Below, piece after piece: positions 62,807 through 64,000 of a stretch of DNA of 64,000 nucleotides (positions are counted from its first letter, which is position 1; every line of letters begins with the position of its first letter). The notes under the pieces were generated by a model that was not told the DNA's origin, made no database searches, and was given only the letters and a program-made list of their open reading frames with translations. The DNA comes from Candidatus Thalassarchaeum sp. (GTDB taxonomy: Archaea; Thermoplasmatota; Poseidoniia; Poseidoniales; Thalassarchaeaceae): positions 76,103 through 140,102 of the forward strand of contig JADHRW010000001.1 of NCBI GenBank assembly GCA_016777225.1, written 5' to 3'. Made by a program: the position numbers and the translations under genes.

Positions 62807-63916
62807 TTGGATTTGAACAAACATGACTTCGAACTAGAAGACTTAGTTGCAAGAATTAAAGAAAATGACCTTCGACTAGTTGCTCTACAAGTTCCAGAGG
62901 GGCTGAAAATGCAGGCGTTAGAAATGATGGATTCGATAGAAGATGAATCTGCGGCTAAAGTAATTTTAGCAGCAGATCCTTGTTATGGTGCTTGCGATTT
63001 AGTACATGATAAGATGAAAATGATGGGAGTAGAATTAGTTGCTCATATGGGACATTCTCAAATGAATATTGACTCAGGTATGCCAACGCATTTCATTCCA
63101 GTCACATACGAGGGAGACCCTATTATTGATCCTGTTTTACCAATTCTAGCAGAACACAAAGCAATTGCAGAAGCAAGATTATCAAATGCTGGAGAAGAGC
63201 TCGATCTAACAGATGAAGAAGCAATGGAAAAGTTTGTTGATGCAGTAGGACGGGTAGCACCTCTAACAGGTACTAAGTTAGGATTAGTAGGTTCTATACA
63301 ACATCTTCATTTATTATTTGATTATAAGAAAAGATTTGAAAGCGCGGGATTTGAAGTAGAAATACCAGTAGGTGGAGCTAGATTGACATTTCCAGGACAA
63401 GTACTAGGATGTAATTATTCGGGCGATGATCCGGACATAGGACATTATTTGTTCCTTGGTTCTGGAGATTTTCATCCAATTGGCTTAGTAATGCATACTG
63501 GAAAACCATTAGCATTACTAGACCCATACACAGGAGAGGCTAGTGAAATGTCATTCAATAGAATTGAAAGGTTGCTAAGGCAGCGAATGGGACTTATCTT
63601 TGCAGTAGATAATGCTAAAAATTTTGGAATCTTGATTGGAGAAAAACCGGGGCAAATGAGAAGAAATCTAGCAATTAGAATGAAGAATCTATTGAAGAAA
63701 CATGGCAAAAAAGGATACTTGTTGGCCCTAGACCACGTAGGCCCGGATTTGATTGATTTCTATCCAGTTGATGCATTCGTCAATACTGCATGTCCACGTA
63801 TTGCAATAGATGATGCTGTTAAGTATGCTAAGCCATTAATTACACCTTTTGAATTAGAAGTATCCCTAGGTGAAAAAAGTTGGGAGCACGGTTATCAATT
63901 CGATGAGATACCGTGA
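62807..63916 (+). CDS. dph2: Diphthamide biosynthesis enzyme Dph2 (2-(3-amino-3-carboxypropyl)histidine synthase)
   Basis: VALQVPEGLK, DPCYGACDL, LGSGDFHP and NTACPRIAIDD. Confidence 0.9.
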   Translation: MDLNKHDFELEDLVARIKENDLRLVALQVPEGLKMQALEMMDSIEDESAAKVILAADPCYGACDLVHDKMKMMGVELVAHMGHSQMNIDSGMPTHFIPVTYEGDPIIDPVLPILAEHKAIAEARLSNAGEELDLTDEEAMEKFVDAVGRVAPLTGTKLGLVGSIQHLHLLFDYKKRFESAGFEVEIPVGGARLTFPGQVLGCNYSGDDPDIGHYLFLGSGDFHPIGLVMHTGKPLALLDPYTGEASEMSFNRIERLLRQRMGLIFAVDNAKNFGILIGEKPGQMRRNLAIRMKNLLKKHGKKGYLLALDHVGPDLIDFYPVDAFVNTACPRIAIDDAVKYAKPLITPFELEVSLGEKSWEHGYQFDEIP

Positions 63917-64000
63917 TAGAAATATAATCATAAAATAGGTATGATAACATATTACGCTGGATAGGTCTAAGAACGACCGAATAAATTTCATATTGATGTC

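Overview
This is a 64-kb, AT-rich, almost fully coding chromosomal segment. It reads as a streamlined marine planktonic archaeon, most consistent with Marine Group II / Poseidoniales (Thermoplasmatota). All calls come from reading the translations and recognising motifs by eye. No database search or composition statistic was run. Archaeal information-processing genes are present: ribosomal protein L10e/uL16, Dph2, NMD3, Csl4, archaeal-type AspRS, TrmI and a PilT-family ATPase with a KH domain. They are interleaved with bacterial-type genes: GyrB/GyrA, MutS/MutL, RmuC, FabH, Maf, CcmABCD, SufCBD and an M23 peptidase. There are also four very large membrane-anchored surface proteins: an RCC1/Cys-rich-repeat/TSP3 adhesin, an S8 subtilase, an MA-clan metallopeptidase with PKD domains, and an edge-truncated WCGPC/CARDB-like protein. 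One tRNA-Ser(GCU) is present. I saw no rRNA, CRISPR array, transposase, integrase or prophage signal, and no recognisable defence island. The items most worth a second look are listed here. (1) A Csl4 exosome-cap protein is fused to a CxxC-x17-CxxC zinc module and an RRM domain. (2) A rhomboid protease sits directly upstream of a type-I-anchored 1603-aa subtilase, and both carry cytoplasmic zinc-ribbon tails. (3) A trimmed System-I cytochrome c maturation module has a fused CcmA-CcmB and an unlisted CcmD-like ORF. (4) A tight five-gene operon of unknown pathway encodes a formyltransferase-like protein, an atypical SDR, an LLM oxidoreductase, an asparaginase-II-like protein and an ALDH. (5) An operon links a membrane-anchored glutaminyl cyclase, a membrane protein and a thymidylate-kinase-like fusion with altered catalytic motifs. 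It lies divergent from surface-protein genes. (6) All seven convergent gene junctions have zero or negative spacing, and five share a 4-nt overlapping-stop tetranucleotide. Four elements missing from the ORF track were recovered by hand: an edge ORF at 1-1503, small ORFs at 3899-4072 and 38790-38927, and a ccmD-like ORF at 25862-26017.
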